IMG/VR virus record: IMGVR_UViG_3300012928_002819
Location: 1 to 26,771 of that record
DNA: 26,771 nt
Source of the DNA: a virus
Lineage: Duplodnaviria > Caudoviricetes
Direction: 5' to 3' (one strand)
The notes beneath the pieces are model-generated. The model did no database searches and was not told where the DNA came from. It saw nothing but the letters and a program-made list of their open reading frames with translations. Shown in pieces: positions 8,228-18,538 of the stretch. Each line of letters begins with the position of its first letter. Position 1 is the first letter of the stretch. The translations under genes and the position numbers were made by a program.

Positions 8228-8995
8228 ATGACTACTAGCACTCCATATGCTCCTCAGATCAAGATCCCAGAGCTCCTCGAGCGCGGGAAGTCTAATACTA
8301 CAACTCTTCCGATCTTTCGAGATGGTGTGCTAGCAGTTCCTACAGAAGTAAGATATACACTCTTTAAACCAGATCAGACCAAGCTAGTAGATAATGCTCT
8401 CGCTACCTTCCCTGCTAATATCCCTACTTACGTACACTCTTCTTCGAATTTGGATGAGAGCCTGGTACTCGGAGAGGGATATCTCCAGGAGTGGAAGATT
8501 ACACTTGTAGGAGAGGTTTATACTTTTCGTAGAATGGCAGCAGTAGTATTAAGAAGGTTATATCCTGTAGTATCGGATGGAGATCTTACTGCTACTTATT
8601 CTCAACTCGCAGATATCAGACCTTCCAATTTAACTTCTTATCAGACTTATATAGATGAGGCTTGGTTTACTCTGGTACAGAGAATGAGGACCGAAGGAGG
8701 AGGGATGGAGTATCTAGTAATGAGCCCGGAGGCCTTCCGTGCTGCTCATCAGAATCTAGCTCTCTATTACATCTTCCGAGACTTCCATTCTAGCCTTGGA
8801 CAGAGTAACGGAAGATATCTAGATCTAGCTAATGAGCACTTCTCTCAATATAAAGATGAATGGAAGCGGATAAACTTTATCTATGACCATAATCACGATG
8901 GCCAGACAGGTAACCCTAATGATCGAGTAGCTAAGCAGCCTGTTATCTTCCTCAATGGTAATGGAACCTTCTCTCGCAGATTCCGGAGAAGATAA
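8228..8995 (+). CDS. Probable head-tail adaptor/connector
   Basis: 255 aa; position after the head genes; helical C-terminal half (YIDEAW...ALYYIF...RYLDLA); synteny-based. Confidence 0.5.
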   Translation: MTTSTPYAPQIKIPELLERGKSNTTTLPIFRDGVLAVPTEVRYTLFKPDQTKLVDNALATFPANIPTYVHSSSNLDESLVLGEGYLQEWKITLVGEVYTFRRMAAVVLRRLYPVVSDGDLTATYSQLADIRPSNLTSYQTYIDEAWFTLVQRMRTEGGGMEYLVMSPEAFRAAHQNLALYYIFRDFHSSLGQSNGRYLDLANEHFSQYKDEWKRINFIYDHNHDGQTGNPNDRVAKQPVIFLNGNGTFSRRFRRR

Positions 8996-9423
8996 TGGCA
9001 GAATCTCTCTCCAGTATCCGAAAGGCAATAGCAGCGAAGATAGAGACTCTCTCCGGGTTCAAAGAATCTAAGCATACTCCGGACTTCTTCGGAAGAACAG
9101 AGAATACCGTAGCCCATAAAGCATTCTCAATCTCTGTAGCCTCCTCTGCAGCAATGGAAGAGAGACAGAGAAGAGCGGTTGGAGTCTATCTCTCTACTCC
9201 AATGCAAGTTCTATTCTCTTTTCGATTAAGACCTCTCGATATCTATCCTACTGATTACGATGCTAGCCTAGATGCTGAAGAGCTGGTAATCAATAAGGTG
9301 TTAGAGGCTTATTCTACGGATAATCAGTTTACAATTAGATATACTGCATCCGAGAGAACGGTTACAGATTCTCAAGAGTATATATTGATTACTCTATCGT
9401 TCAATATACTACACACTATCTAA
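8995..9423 (+). CDS. Probable tail terminator/completion protein
   Basis: 142 aa immediately before the tail tube; IRKAIAAKIETL N-terminal helix followed by beta strands; synteny-based. Confidence 0.5.
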   Translation: MAESLSSIRKAIAAKIETLSGFKESKHTPDFFGRTENTVAHKAFSISVASSAAMEERQRRAVGVYLSTPMQVLFSFRLRPLDIYPTDYDASLDAEELVINKVLEAYSTDNQFTIRYTASERTVTDSQEYILITLSFNILHTI

Positions 9424-9468
9424 TCCAATCGGTTAAAATATTAATCATAATCCCCCCTGGAGGCTGTA

Positions 9469-9960
9469 ATGGCATATTCAACAATTCCCAAGACTAAAAG
9501 AGATGGAGTTATAACCCTTCTCGATAATGGTGGTGTATCTCTCGAAGTAGCCTTCGAAGATGGTAACTTTACCTTCTCAGATCCCCAGCAATTCTCTGAG
9601 CTCGTAGTTATGGATCGCGGTAATTTCTCAGCAATCCGTAAGCAAGATGAGCAAGCGAAAACAGGTTCTTTCTCCTTTCACTTTAGACAATTTACTGATG
9701 CCTCAGAAGCAGGAAGTATCCGAGATTTTATTACTCAATCTGGATTCTACTCTGGGAATACTTCTACTGGATTAAGCGGTACTCCATTTATCGAGCAGTA
9801 TTGTATCGATATCAAGTACTTAGCAGATAGTCCAGATGCAGCAGAAGCAGATCACTTCGTTACATTGTCTAAGTGTATATGTTCTTTAGACTTCTCAGAA
9901 GGAGATCCAAGCAGCTTTACTCTGAACTTCACATGTTACGGTGGATTGGTAGCAGCATAA
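9469..9960 (+). CDS. Major tail tube protein
   Basis: 163 aa, beta-rich (GSFSFHF, FTLNFTCYG); GGAGG RBS; directly upstream of the frameshifting chaperone. Confidence 0.7.
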   Translation: MAYSTIPKTKRDGVITLLDNGGVSLEVAFEDGNFTFSDPQQFSELVVMDRGNFSAIRKQDEQAKTGSFSFHFRQFTDASEAGSIRDFITQSGFYSGNTSTGLSGTPFIEQYCIDIKYLADSPDAAEADHFVTLSKCICSLDFSEGDPSSFTLNFTCYGGLVAA

Positions 9961-9979
9961 AATAGCGTAGGAGGTACAT

Positions 9980-10345
9980 ATGCTATTAGATCTTAAAAAA
10001 CTTGGACAGCATGAGGGGAGGTTACCCTCCTCGATTGCTACTTGCTTAGACTTCGTATCCATATGGGGAGCGCATCCCAACCGAGCCCAGCTTGGAAGGA
10101 TATGTGCAGCTGCTATAGCAGTATCCATAGATCATAAAAGAGTGCTTCCAGCATATCCGGTAACGAGTGGAGATCCTATTGCCTTCGGTTATAAGATCCT
10201 GGATCGATTGCTTGATGCTGGAGTTACTCCTGCTAAGATCTACGAGATGGGAAGCGAAGTTCTATTAGAGATGATGCGAGTTATCCCATCCGAGCAAGAG
10301 GTAGAAGAGAAGGCAAATTTTACGCAAGAGGGAGAGGAGGGCTAG
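9980..10345 (+). CDS. Tail assembly chaperone (gpG-like)
   Basis: 121 aa after the tail tube; slippery heptamer A AAT TTT near the 3' end; GGAGGTACAT RBS. Confidence 0.75.
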   Translation: MLLDLKKLGQHEGRLPSSIATCLDFVSIWGAHPNRAQLGRICAAAIAVSIDHKRVLPAYPVTSGDPIAFGYKILDRLLDAGVTPAKIYEMGSEVLLEMMRVIPSEQEVEEKANFTQEGEEG

Positions 10346-10536
10346 ATCTCCTCGCTCTTCGGATCTCTCTTCGATGGGGGAAGGATCCTCTCTGGTATTA
10401 CTCTCTCTCTCCAGATCTCCGAGTATCGCTGCTAGCTGAGTATAGGCTAGCAAATGAAGATCCAAAAGCATCTAAGGATAGACAAGAGCGCATAAAAAGG
10501 GCTAGAATGGAGGAGATAATACGGGGCAATCGATGA
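10315..10536 (+). CDS. -1 frameshift extension of the tail chaperone (gpGT-like), missing from the ORF track
   Basis: A AAT TTT at 10315-10321; the -1 frame reads YARGRGGLDLLALRISLRWGKDPLWYYSLSPDLRVSLLAEY...IRGNR to TGA 10534-10536, filling the gap and overlapping the next ATG. Confidence 0.8.
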   Translation, partial: KFYARGRGGLDLLALRISLRWGKDPLWYYSLSPDLRVSLLAEYRLANEDPKASKDRQERIKRARMEEIIRGNR

Positions 10537-11006
10537 GCGTTAAAATCAATAAAGGAAGAGCAGGAATCCGGATCGATACAGATCTCCAACAGTTCTATAC
10601 GGGCTTCCTAGATACAGTAGCTCCGAATGCTCGCAAGGTTATAGAGGGTAGCCTTAAGAAGATAGAAGCGGATGCTATTAAAGATTGGCCAGTACGGAAG
10701 CCGATTATCCGTAAAACTGCAGAAGGAGAGGTTAGGTTCTTTCGTAAGACCTCGAAGGGATCTTGGAAGAAGTTCGAGAGGGGCTTCCGGATAACTCCCG
10801 AGGGAGGCTTCGAGGCCTTCCTCCGGAATAGGGCTCCTTACTCTTGGGCTATAAAGTTCGGAGTAGATTCCGAGAATAATAGAGGGCAAGATATTATCCA
10901 GCCCCAGGGGAAGAAGGCATCTCAAGAATTACTTATTAAACCTCATAGAAAAGCAGCTAATAAGATAGTCAAGGCTCTAGCTGATGATCTTATCCGGAGG
11001 ATATAA
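10533..11006 (+). CDS. HK97 gp10-like neck/tail component
   Basis: Basic 157 aa; A.KDWPV...T...W and NRAPYSWAIKFG resemble the gp10 aPv.TG.../Ya.yvEfG pattern. Confidence 0.55.
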   Translation: MSVKINKGRAGIRIDTDLQQFYTGFLDTVAPNARKVIEGSLKKIEADAIKDWPVRKPIIRKTAEGEVRFFRKTSKGSWKKFERGFRITPEGGFEAFLRNRAPYSWAIKFGVDSENNRGQDIIQPQGKKASQELLIKPHRKAANKIVKALADDLIRRI

Positions 11007-13018
11007 TGGCAGAAGAGAAAAGATCTATCAATATCGCTTATAAAGCAGATCTTAAGGATCTCATTAATAAACTAAAGCAGATGCCGAATGTAACAGAGCA
11101 GGAAGCCCGGAAGATGGTATCTGCTCTCGATAGGCAACTTAAGCAAGCCGAGAAGGCTGCTAAGAAGAGCGCAGATGCTAGCGCGAAGGCTGCTAAGAAT
11201 GCAGCAGCAGCAGCTCGGAGAGGTTCTAAAGAATTCGATGATATGGCTACTGCTGCTAGGAGAGCTGAAGAACGCTTGGAGAGTGTAGGAGAAGCATCTG
11301 GAGATATCGATAGGGGCTTCTCTTCCATAGGGCTCGCTCTTCGAGGGGTTAATCCTCAGCTCGCAGAAGCAGCAGATGGATTAGCAGATGCCTTCGCAGT
11401 TACAGAAGGGTTGACTATGTCCTTCGCTGCTCTTAATCCTCTTGTAATCGCTGCTGGTGTTGCGATTGGAGCATTAACTCTAGGATATGTAGCCCATCAA
11501 GCAGAACTCGAGAAGGCTAGGCAGTTAACACTTGATTTAAGAGATGCTCAAAAATCTTTGATTGAGAGCCAAGAGCAACAGCAGAAAAATTTAGTTGATG
11601 CAGCATCCAAATTAAGAGAGCAGCGATTAGAATTTAAACTTCTTACGGGACAGATAACCCAATATGAATTCGATCTAATTAAGGCTGGAGAAGCAGCTAA
11701 CGAAGCATTCAAGGGAAATTTAGAAGCAGTAGAAGTAAACATATCTGAAACTAATATGTTATTGGCTACAGTCCAGAGTCTTAAGGATGCTTACCTCGCT
11801 GCAGGTTCTTCTAATGTAGTGCTCTCAGAAGGAGAGAAGGATAAATTACGGACTCTCCAATTACAAAATAAATCGGTGTCTGATAGCATCGATCTAACAA
11901 AAGAGGGACTTAGGCAGGCTGCAGAACTTGGAAAAATAGAGAAGGGACTGCTAGCAGATCTCGCTAATCAAGAAAACCAGAGAGCAGCGATCGAGGCTAT
12001 GCAGTCAGAAGCGGTAGAGACTGCACAAGAGATGGTAACTCTCGAAAAAGAATTGGCAGATGCTACAGAGGCAGCAGCAGCAGCGAAGGAGAAGGGAGTT
12101 AAGCCTGCTAAAAAGAGTGTAGATTTAGTAAAAGAAGAACTTGAGGCTATGGAAGCCTTAATCCAAGCAGAAAATAGATTTTTTGATAGACAGATAGATG
12201 CCAATAAAAAACTAGAGGACTTCCAGATTCAAGCTTTTATGAGCGAGGAGCAGAGAGAGTCTCTAGCCTTCGGTAATAGAATAGAAGAGATAGAGAGACT
12301 CGGAGAGATTACAGAGCAGGAAGAACTAGCAGCAGATATCATAAAGCAGATGTTACATAATAAAGATCTCGAGCGGATAGAAGAACTCAAGGATAAGGAA
12401 GAGGAACTCCAGGCCAAAAGGAGAGAAGGCCTTAAAGAGAATCTCGAGGGAGCGTTAACTCTTGGAGGAACGCTCGCAGAACTTACAGAGATGCGGATCA
12501 AGGGTAACGAAATAGATGTTAAGGCTATGCAAGATAAGCAGGAAGAGATAGCCGCGATGAGCGATATAGAGAGGGCTGCATATGAGAAGGAGCAGAAGAA
12601 CCTAAGAGGGCTATTTAACTTCCGTAAGGGTATGGCATTAGCCGAGATCGCAATGGGTACAGCAGAGGCAGTAGTAGCCGCTCAGAAGTTAATCTCTCCA
12701 TTCAATGCTATCCAATCTGCTCTCGCAGTAGCTACCGGGGTAGCTCAGGCCGGAGTAGTAATGAGCCAGCAGATGCCTAGCTTCCATATGGGAGGAATGG
12801 CCCCGGATGAGGCTAATGCTCGAGTATTGAGAGGAGAGGCTATACTAGATAGGGCTACAGTCCGAAGGATCGGAGGAGAGCAAGGAGTAAGGAATCTCCA
12901 GCAGGGAGGCTCCGGAAGCGTTAATACTGTAGTAATTCAACCCTTTAAGCACTTCGGGAGATTCTCTAAGGAACTAGGAATCTCAAGGGCTAAACCTGTA
13001 GGAATAAGAGGATACTAA
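11006..13018 (+). CDS. Tape measure protein
   Basis: 670 aa Ala/Glu-rich helical protein with hydrophobic segments; C-terminal FHMGG...VLRGEAIL typical of tape measure C-termini. Confidence 0.88.
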   Translation: MAEEKRSINIAYKADLKDLINKLKQMPNVTEQEARKMVSALDRQLKQAEKAAKKSADASAKAAKNAAAAARRGSKEFDDMATAARRAEERLESVGEASGDIDRGFSSIGLALRGVNPQLAEAADGLADAFAVTEGLTMSFAALNPLVIAAGVAIGALTLGYVAHQAELEKARQLTLDLRDAQKSLIESQEQQQKNLVDAASKLREQRLEFKLLTGQITQYEFDLIKAGEAANEAFKGNLEAVEVNISETNMLLATVQSLKDAYLAAGSSNVVLSEGEKDKLRTLQLQNKSVSDSIDLTKEGLRQAAELGKIEKGLLADLANQENQRAAIEAMQSEAVETAQEMVTLEKELADATEAAAAAKEKGVKPAKKSVDLVKEELEAMEALIQAENRFFDRQIDANKKLEDFQIQAFMSEEQRESLAFGNRIEEIERLGEITEQEELAADIIKQMLHNKDLERIEELKDKEEELQAKRREGLKENLEGALTLGGTLAELTEMRIKGNEIDVKAMQDKQEEIAAMSDIERAAYEKEQKNLRGLFNFRKGMALAEIAMGTAEAVVAAQKLISPFNAIQSALAVATGVAQAGVVMSQQMPSFHMGGMAPDEANARVLRGEAILDRATVRRIGGEQGVRNLQQGGSGSVNTVVIQPFKHFGRFSKELGISRAKPVGIRGY

Positions 13019-13020
13019 AA

Positions 13021-16000
13021 ATGGCAAATATAACTCCAGACTATTTAAGAGGCTTCCTCATTCCGAGTATCTCCATCTCGAAGGATAATCTATGGGATGC
13101 TCAATCCCAATTCACCCAAGCGAACGCGAGAGCAGGTATCCCAGAAGCACAGAGCGAAGGAGTTAACTTAACTCTCTCTTCTATCGGTTCTCAAGGTGAA
13201 GATATAACTATCGAAACCATGCAAGGAGGGCTCCCAGGAGAGGCTCGATTTAAATGGAGCGGAGCGGATTCTATAGAGATGGGGAAGGATGCAGCCCATA
13301 TCCTTACGGAGAGCGGATATTGGAAGTTCTCTTCTAGTACAGCTGTAGGATCTTATTTTTACTCAGATTGTACGAGTAATCTAGATGGAGTTATCTGGGT
13401 AATCTCGGAGATTCTAGACTCCTCCAATAGATTTACAATTACTTTACATAGGCAGAAGGAGAACGGATCTATAGATGCTGTTAAAACCTTCGAGAGCATT
13501 CTATTTATCGGTACTCCTTCGAGCTTGGGCCTCCCTTCGATTACTAGATTACAGGATGGTAGCCTTCTAGTAGCCTACTTCCAATATACATCCGAGAACG
13601 CGGTTAATATAAAAGTACATAGATCTCTAGATGAAGGGGATAACTGGAGCCAGATCTCCTCGAGAGGTCTAGTAGATTCTCTAGCATCTAGCGCGAATGA
13701 GCCTAAGAAGATGAAGTTAATCACTGTAGATAATACAGTACTCCTCTTTATTGAACTTGAAACTAGCAATACAAACAGATTAGCCCAGTACATCTCGAGA
13801 GATGGAGGGACTACTTTTAATCTCGTAGATTCTATCTCAGATATAAGTGATGGATATTTTCACCAGCCGAGCCCCGTAGCCCTTCCGGATGGTACTATCG
13901 GAGTAGCCTATATATCTGATACTCAAGAGTTAAATTTTACTAAGATTCCTAATCCGGGTATCCGGTTATCTAGTGCAGTATGGCTATCAGCTAATGAGAA
14001 TACTGTAGCAGTAGCTACAACCTTCTCCAGTATTACCTCTAATGTAATGAGCGGAGGTAATGTTACAGCCTTTTTTCAAGATGGGCTCATCTGGGTAATC
14101 GCTCAAGAGTTCGGAGATGGGAGGCTTATTGGATTCTATTCTGATGATATGGGTACTTCTTGGAGATATGCAAGCGGAGGAGGTTCTACGGTATCGAATG
14201 GATACATATTAGATTACGGAAGTAACTCCGATAGATTACAGAATCTCTCATCGTGTGTACATGAGGGAAGGGCTAAGATATTTGGACACAATACTAATAG
14301 TGTATGGAGCCTAGCCCTCGGAGGTTACTCCTCCTTCTCATATCCTGCGAGATCGGATAATCCTTCGTTCTACGAGTATCTAGTATGGGAATCTACTTAT
14401 ATACCTGTAATGCTACCTGGTTCCTCTTCTCAGTACACTACTACAGGAGCCGGAACCCAATCTCTAGATGGAGAGGGATTAAATATCTCTACCTCTGGGA
14501 ATATCCGGAAGTATGTTTACACTCATTCCGGAGGCTATTTTACAGAAGGCCAGGTTATCAGATTGAGATTAAAAGTAGATCAGAACTCTAGTGTTTTACT
14601 AGATCATATAGCCTTAAAGATATTCCAAGATGATACAACCAATAGCACAGAGCTGCAGCTTAGATTCTCTACTACGACTATACAAGTTAGAGACTCTGCA
14701 GGAGTTAAGGCTACTATCTCTCATGATATGACAGCTAGCACAGAGATAGTTATAGGGCTCCAAGATACAGATGCAGAGATCTACTATAGAACAGCAGATG
14801 GAGATCAGGCTAAGAAGTGGACTCTCCAATCCATCTCCGGTATCACAAAGGGAGCGAGCGGAGCTGGTAATACTGTTGAGTGGGGTCATTTTGCATTCTC
14901 TGGCCTTCTTACTTTTGAATCTCATTGGCAAGAAGTCTCGATTACATCTGGAGAGCAGGCTGGGCTCGGTAAGTTCGATCTACGAGGAGCGAAGTATCCT
15001 CCCCTCGGAGAGTATCAGTACATAGATCAAGGGCTAGCGATCACAGCGAAGGATGCTCCAGCGCGAGGAGAAGATATCTATAAGATTGCTACTCGATTCG
15101 ATTATCCTATTGATAATATTTTCCATGGAATATCCCTCTCTCCGAGAGTTACTTGGAGATCTTCTAACGATACAGTATTAGCCCGGATCCCTCTTTTCAT
15201 AGATCCGAAGGTCCAAGCAACGGAGAAGAGCTTGGGCTTAAGTGATGTACTCGGAGTACATCTTGCTAATACCAACTTCCGGAGATTCTCTCTCAATAGC
15301 TGGACCGGGGCCGCTTGGGTAACTCTTGCGGATGTAGATATCAGCGAAGGATTTAACGGAACCTATATAAAGAAGGGCAATACTCTAATATCTAACGATA
15401 CCGGGAAGAAGTTCTTACTCCATTATGGGGAGGCTATTGGATGGAGAGCAGAACTTACGAGCGGAGAGACTACGAAGATAGTTAAAATCAGAATGAATAG
15501 CGAGGGCATCTGGACCAATAGCAGCGGACTTAAGCAGACTGTACTCCAGTACGATACAGATCTTACAGATCCTGCTACTATTCCAGCCTCTGGGACTTTC
15601 CGATTAATCCCAGATCGGATAACCTTCCTTAAGAGCAGGCTCGATGGAGTTAACCTTGGGCAATATGCTCTAGCAATAGAGATTCCGGTACAGGATACTC
15701 TCGAGGGATACTTCCAGATCGGATCTCTTCTTATGGGGTCGGTAGCCTTCCCTGCTCCGCAATATCAGAGAGGAAGAAGCATCTCTTACTCTCCCAATAT
15801 CCAAGCCCAAGAGACTCTAGATGGAATGTTCTTTGCTCGCAAGATGAGCGAAGGAAGGAGAACAGCTTCTATAGCTTGGACAGAACCCATAGACACTACT
15901 AGATTATTCTCTCTTAGTCCTGACTACTGGCAGATATCGAATACAGCAGGAGCCCAGCCTATAGCCAATTATGGAGATCCTTATCTGATGAATGGAATCT

Positions 16001-16224
16001 TTAGATACTTGAGTAACCAAGAGCCTCTTGTATATCTTCCTTCTATAGATGTAGCTGCATATCGAACCGGGCTAGATGGTACTGATGAGATTATTCTAAA
16101 CCGAAGAGCGCAGCATATGCTCGCGAGAACTACTGGAGAGGTATCTGTAGAGAGTGTAATAGGGGAAGAGATGGTGGATGAGATGTTCCGAGTAGCTACA
16201 GTTAATCTCGAGGAGATCGAGTAA
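13021..16224 (+). CDS. Large tail-tip protein with Asp-box (BNR) beta-propeller region
   Basis: 1067 aa after the tape measure gene; Asp-boxes SLDEGDNW, SRDGGTTF, SDDMGTSW. Confidence 0.7.
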   Translation: MANITPDYLRGFLIPSISISKDNLWDAQSQFTQANARAGIPEAQSEGVNLTLSSIGSQGEDITIETMQGGLPGEARFKWSGADSIEMGKDAAHILTESGYWKFSSSTAVGSYFYSDCTSNLDGVIWVISEILDSSNRFTITLHRQKENGSIDAVKTFESILFIGTPSSLGLPSITRLQDGSLLVAYFQYTSENAVNIKVHRSLDEGDNWSQISSRGLVDSLASSANEPKKMKLITVDNTVLLFIELETSNTNRLAQYISRDGGTTFNLVDSISDISDGYFHQPSPVALPDGTIGVAYISDTQELNFTKIPNPGIRLSSAVWLSANENTVAVATTFSSITSNVMSGGNVTAFFQDGLIWVIAQEFGDGRLIGFYSDDMGTSWRYASGGGSTVSNGYILDYGSNSDRLQNLSSCVHEGRAKIFGHNTNSVWSLALGGYSSFSYPARSDNPSFYEYLVWESTYIPVMLPGSSSQYTTTGAGTQSLDGEGLNISTSGNIRKYVYTHSGGYFTEGQVIRLRLKVDQNSSVLLDHIALKIFQDDTTNSTELQLRFSTTTIQVRDSAGVKATISHDMTASTEIVIGLQDTDAEIYYRTADGDQAKKWTLQSISGITKGASGAGNTVEWGHFAFSGLLTFESHWQEVSITSGEQAGLGKFDLRGAKYPPLGEYQYIDQGLAITAKDAPARGEDIYKIATRFDYPIDNIFHGISLSPRVTWRSSNDTVLARIPLFIDPKVQATEKSLGLSDVLGVHLANTNFRRFSLNSWTGAAWVTLADVDISEGFNGTYIKKGNTLISNDTGKKFLLHYGEAIGWRAELTSGETTKIVKIRMNSEGIWTNSSGLKQTVLQYDTDLTDPATIPASGTFRLIPDRITFLKSRLDGVNLGQYALAIEIPVQDTLEGYFQIGSLLMGSVAFPAPQYQRGRSISYSPNIQAQETLDGMFFARKMSEGRRTASIAWTEPIDTTRLFSLSPDYWQISNTAGAQPIANYGDPYLMNGIFRYLSNQEPLVYLPSIDVAAYRTGLDGTDEIILNRRAQHMLARTTGEVSVESVIGEEMVDEMFRVATVNLEEIE

Positions 16225-17921
16225 TGGATACAATAAAGCGGAGCGATATACAGCAGGGAGATATCTGCTTCCTATTGGATATAGAGTACTTCGGAGCGAT
16301 ATACCGATTTTCTACAGTACCCATAGATATATCTGATATTACAGAGAATACAGTTATCCCCTATCGAGGAAGCCTCTCAGATCCTCCGGTTAATCTCCAG
16401 AGCGATCTCCTAGGAGTAGATCTGGAAGCTAATACCATCTCTCTAGAACTCATCTTCGAGGAGGTAGACTGGGTATCGGAATTTCTTAAGGGTAGGACTA
16501 TAAACGATGCTATCTGTACTCTCTCAATGATCATTATACGAGATGGTAAAACTAAATTCACACAGCAGGATAGAATCGGAATATTTAAGGGTAGAGCCTT
16601 AGATGCGATCTTCGGAGCTCCAGATGCTCCTAAGGGTACTGTAGCATTCACTATCGAGAACTCAGTTAATGTAAGAGATGCTAATCTCCTTGGAGAAGAA
16701 CACGTTATCATAGAAGATAATTATACAATACCGATTCTAGATAAAAGTAAAGGGAAGGTGGTCCCTTTCGTATTTGGAGAACTGGGTACAAGTTCCAGAG
16801 AGCAAGCTGGAAGTATTACATTAGATACAGATCTTCGAGCTACTCCTGCATACCAGGCCGGAGGAACAGCTACCTTAAAAACTCAATACTTCCAAGTAGC
16901 CTATCATCAAGTAATGAAGCCCGGAGTATCTCTTGTAAAAATCTTCGATGGTCAAGGAGGATCCTTTACCAATCCAGTAGAGATCGCGGTAGATTCTAAA
17001 GGCTTCCTTCATGCCTATGTACCCTTCTATCTGATAGTGGGAAGCCCAGAAGGAACCAACGTACAGTATAATAACTTCCAAGTATCGAGCCCAGAGATAG
17101 CCTTCTCTTATTATGCTAGCTGGGGAATCTCTCAAGGTGGAATCCCTAGTATAATGGGAGATGGACCTCTTCAAGGGGCAGTAGATCTCTCTCTTTTTGT
17201 ACTGCAGAAGACTGATCTCTTATTCGATTACTCCTCCTGGAGTGGGCTAGCTCCAGTACTAGATCGTTATAAATTTGGAGGCTTCGTTAATGACTTAGAT
17301 GTATCTGCTCTCGATTGGATCCAAAGTAATATTTGGAGCCTCCTTCCTATTATGGTAGTAACGGGAGGAGATGGTATAAAAGTAGCCCTCAATCTTTATA
17401 CGTACTCCCAAGAAATTATCCCTACTCATCATCTCATAGAGAGCGGAGAGCTAGAGATTATCTCTCCATTAACTCCTCTCGAGGGAGAGATTATAAATAA
17501 GATTACTATCCGATTCTCTTATGCAGGTATGAGCGGAGCCTATCGCTCCCAAGTTACTATCGATCCCCTATTGGTAGAAGATGAACCTCTTAAGTATAAA
17601 GATCCTATAGCCTATATCTCCTTTACTCGGTACGGATTGAGAGAGAAGGTTATAGAGGCTCCCTTCGTTTATGATCTCCAGACTGCTATCCGAATAGCGA
17701 GGGATAAGATTAGAGCCCATGCTCTAGGCAACTACGCTATAGAGATCTCTGCTGCTCCTAAGTATGGATATCTGGATCTCGGAGATATTGTATCGATTAC
17801 TTCGGAGAGGGTCGGTTTAACTTCTCATAAATGCCAGATCGTATCTAAGTCATGGAGCGATAATCGCTGGAGATATGTACTCCATATAGAGGATAATCCT
17901 CTAGTAACCATCCGTAAGTAA
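16224..17921 (+). CDS. Tail tip/baseplate hub protein
   Basis: 565 aa; GKVVPFVFG and C-terminal SFTRYGLRE...LDLGDIVSIT motifs typical of siphophage hub proteins. Confidence 0.7.
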   Translation: MDTIKRSDIQQGDICFLLDIEYFGAIYRFSTVPIDISDITENTVIPYRGSLSDPPVNLQSDLLGVDLEANTISLELIFEEVDWVSEFLKGRTINDAICTLSMIIIRDGKTKFTQQDRIGIFKGRALDAIFGAPDAPKGTVAFTIENSVNVRDANLLGEEHVIIEDNYTIPILDKSKGKVVPFVFGELGTSSREQAGSITLDTDLRATPAYQAGGTATLKTQYFQVAYHQVMKPGVSLVKIFDGQGGSFTNPVEIAVDSKGFLHAYVPFYLIVGSPEGTNVQYNNFQVSSPEIAFSYYASWGISQGGIPSIMGDGPLQGAVDLSLFVLQKTDLLFDYSSWSGLAPVLDRYKFGGFVNDLDVSALDWIQSNIWSLLPIMVVTGGDGIKVALNLYTYSQEIIPTHHLIESGELEIISPLTPLEGEIINKITIRFSYAGMSGAYRSQVTIDPLLVEDEPLKYKDPIAYISFTRYGLREKVIEAPFVYDLQTAIRIARDKIRAHALGNYAIEISAAPKYGYLDLGDIVSITSERVGLTSHKCQIVSKSWSDNRWRYVLHIEDNPLVTIRK

Positions 17922-17962
17922 TATTTCCCTCCTTTCATAAGATAACGAGGTATATTAGCCTT

Positions 17963-18538
17963 ATGATAGTATTCATAGATAGACAGCATGCAGGGAAGCC
18001 AAATAACCCAGAAGATAGAGGAGCCTCTGTAGAGCCCTTATCCTTTGGACTAGGACTAGAAGCAATGTATACAGGGTATCTATCTCTCATGATAGAAGAG
18101 AAGTTACTAGAGAACGGAGTTAAGGTTCTTCCCATCTCGGATGGATTCTACCCAGATAGGCACAAAAGAGTAAACGAGTACTCCAAGCGATTTAAGAACG
18201 AAGAGCAGGTATATCTCGCTCTCCATCTTAATGCAGGAGGAGGAGATTACTCTAGTTTTTTCCATATGGGATCCACAGAAGGAAGCGATCTAGCCTCTGC
18301 GATATGTGACAAGATGAGAGAGGCAGCTCTACCCGGTCTAGTTAGATGCCTTCCGAAGAGATGTTCTTCTGGAGACTGGACTAAGAATGCATGGTATACG
18401 ATTAAAGGAGTAGGAGATCCGATTGCTATCTGCTGCGAGCCTCTGTTCATGGATACCCATAGAGATCTATTAAATCTAGAATCCCTTAGAATAATCGCTA
18501 ATGCGATTGCTACCGGGATAATCTCCTGGAGTCTGTAA
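17963..18538 (+). CDS. Endolysin, N-acetylmuramoyl-L-alanine amidase (Amidase_3-like)
   Basis: Zn-ligand motifs IDRQHAG, E, LALHLNA and catalytic-like CCEPLFMD. Confidence 0.85.
   Translation: MIVFIDRQHAGKPNNPEDRGASVEPLSFGLGLEAMYTGYLSLMIEEKLLENGVKVLPISDGFYPDRHKRVNEYSKRFKNEEQVYLALHLNAGGGDYSSFFHMGSTEGSDLASAICDKMREAALPGLVRCLPKRCSSGDWTKNAWYTIKGVGDPIAICCEPLFMDTHRDLLNLESLRIIANAIATGIISWSL

Noticed and set aside
11038-12501. Several minus-strand ORFs inside the tape measure gene
   Set aside because: Antisense shadows of an Ala/Glu/Lys-rich gene
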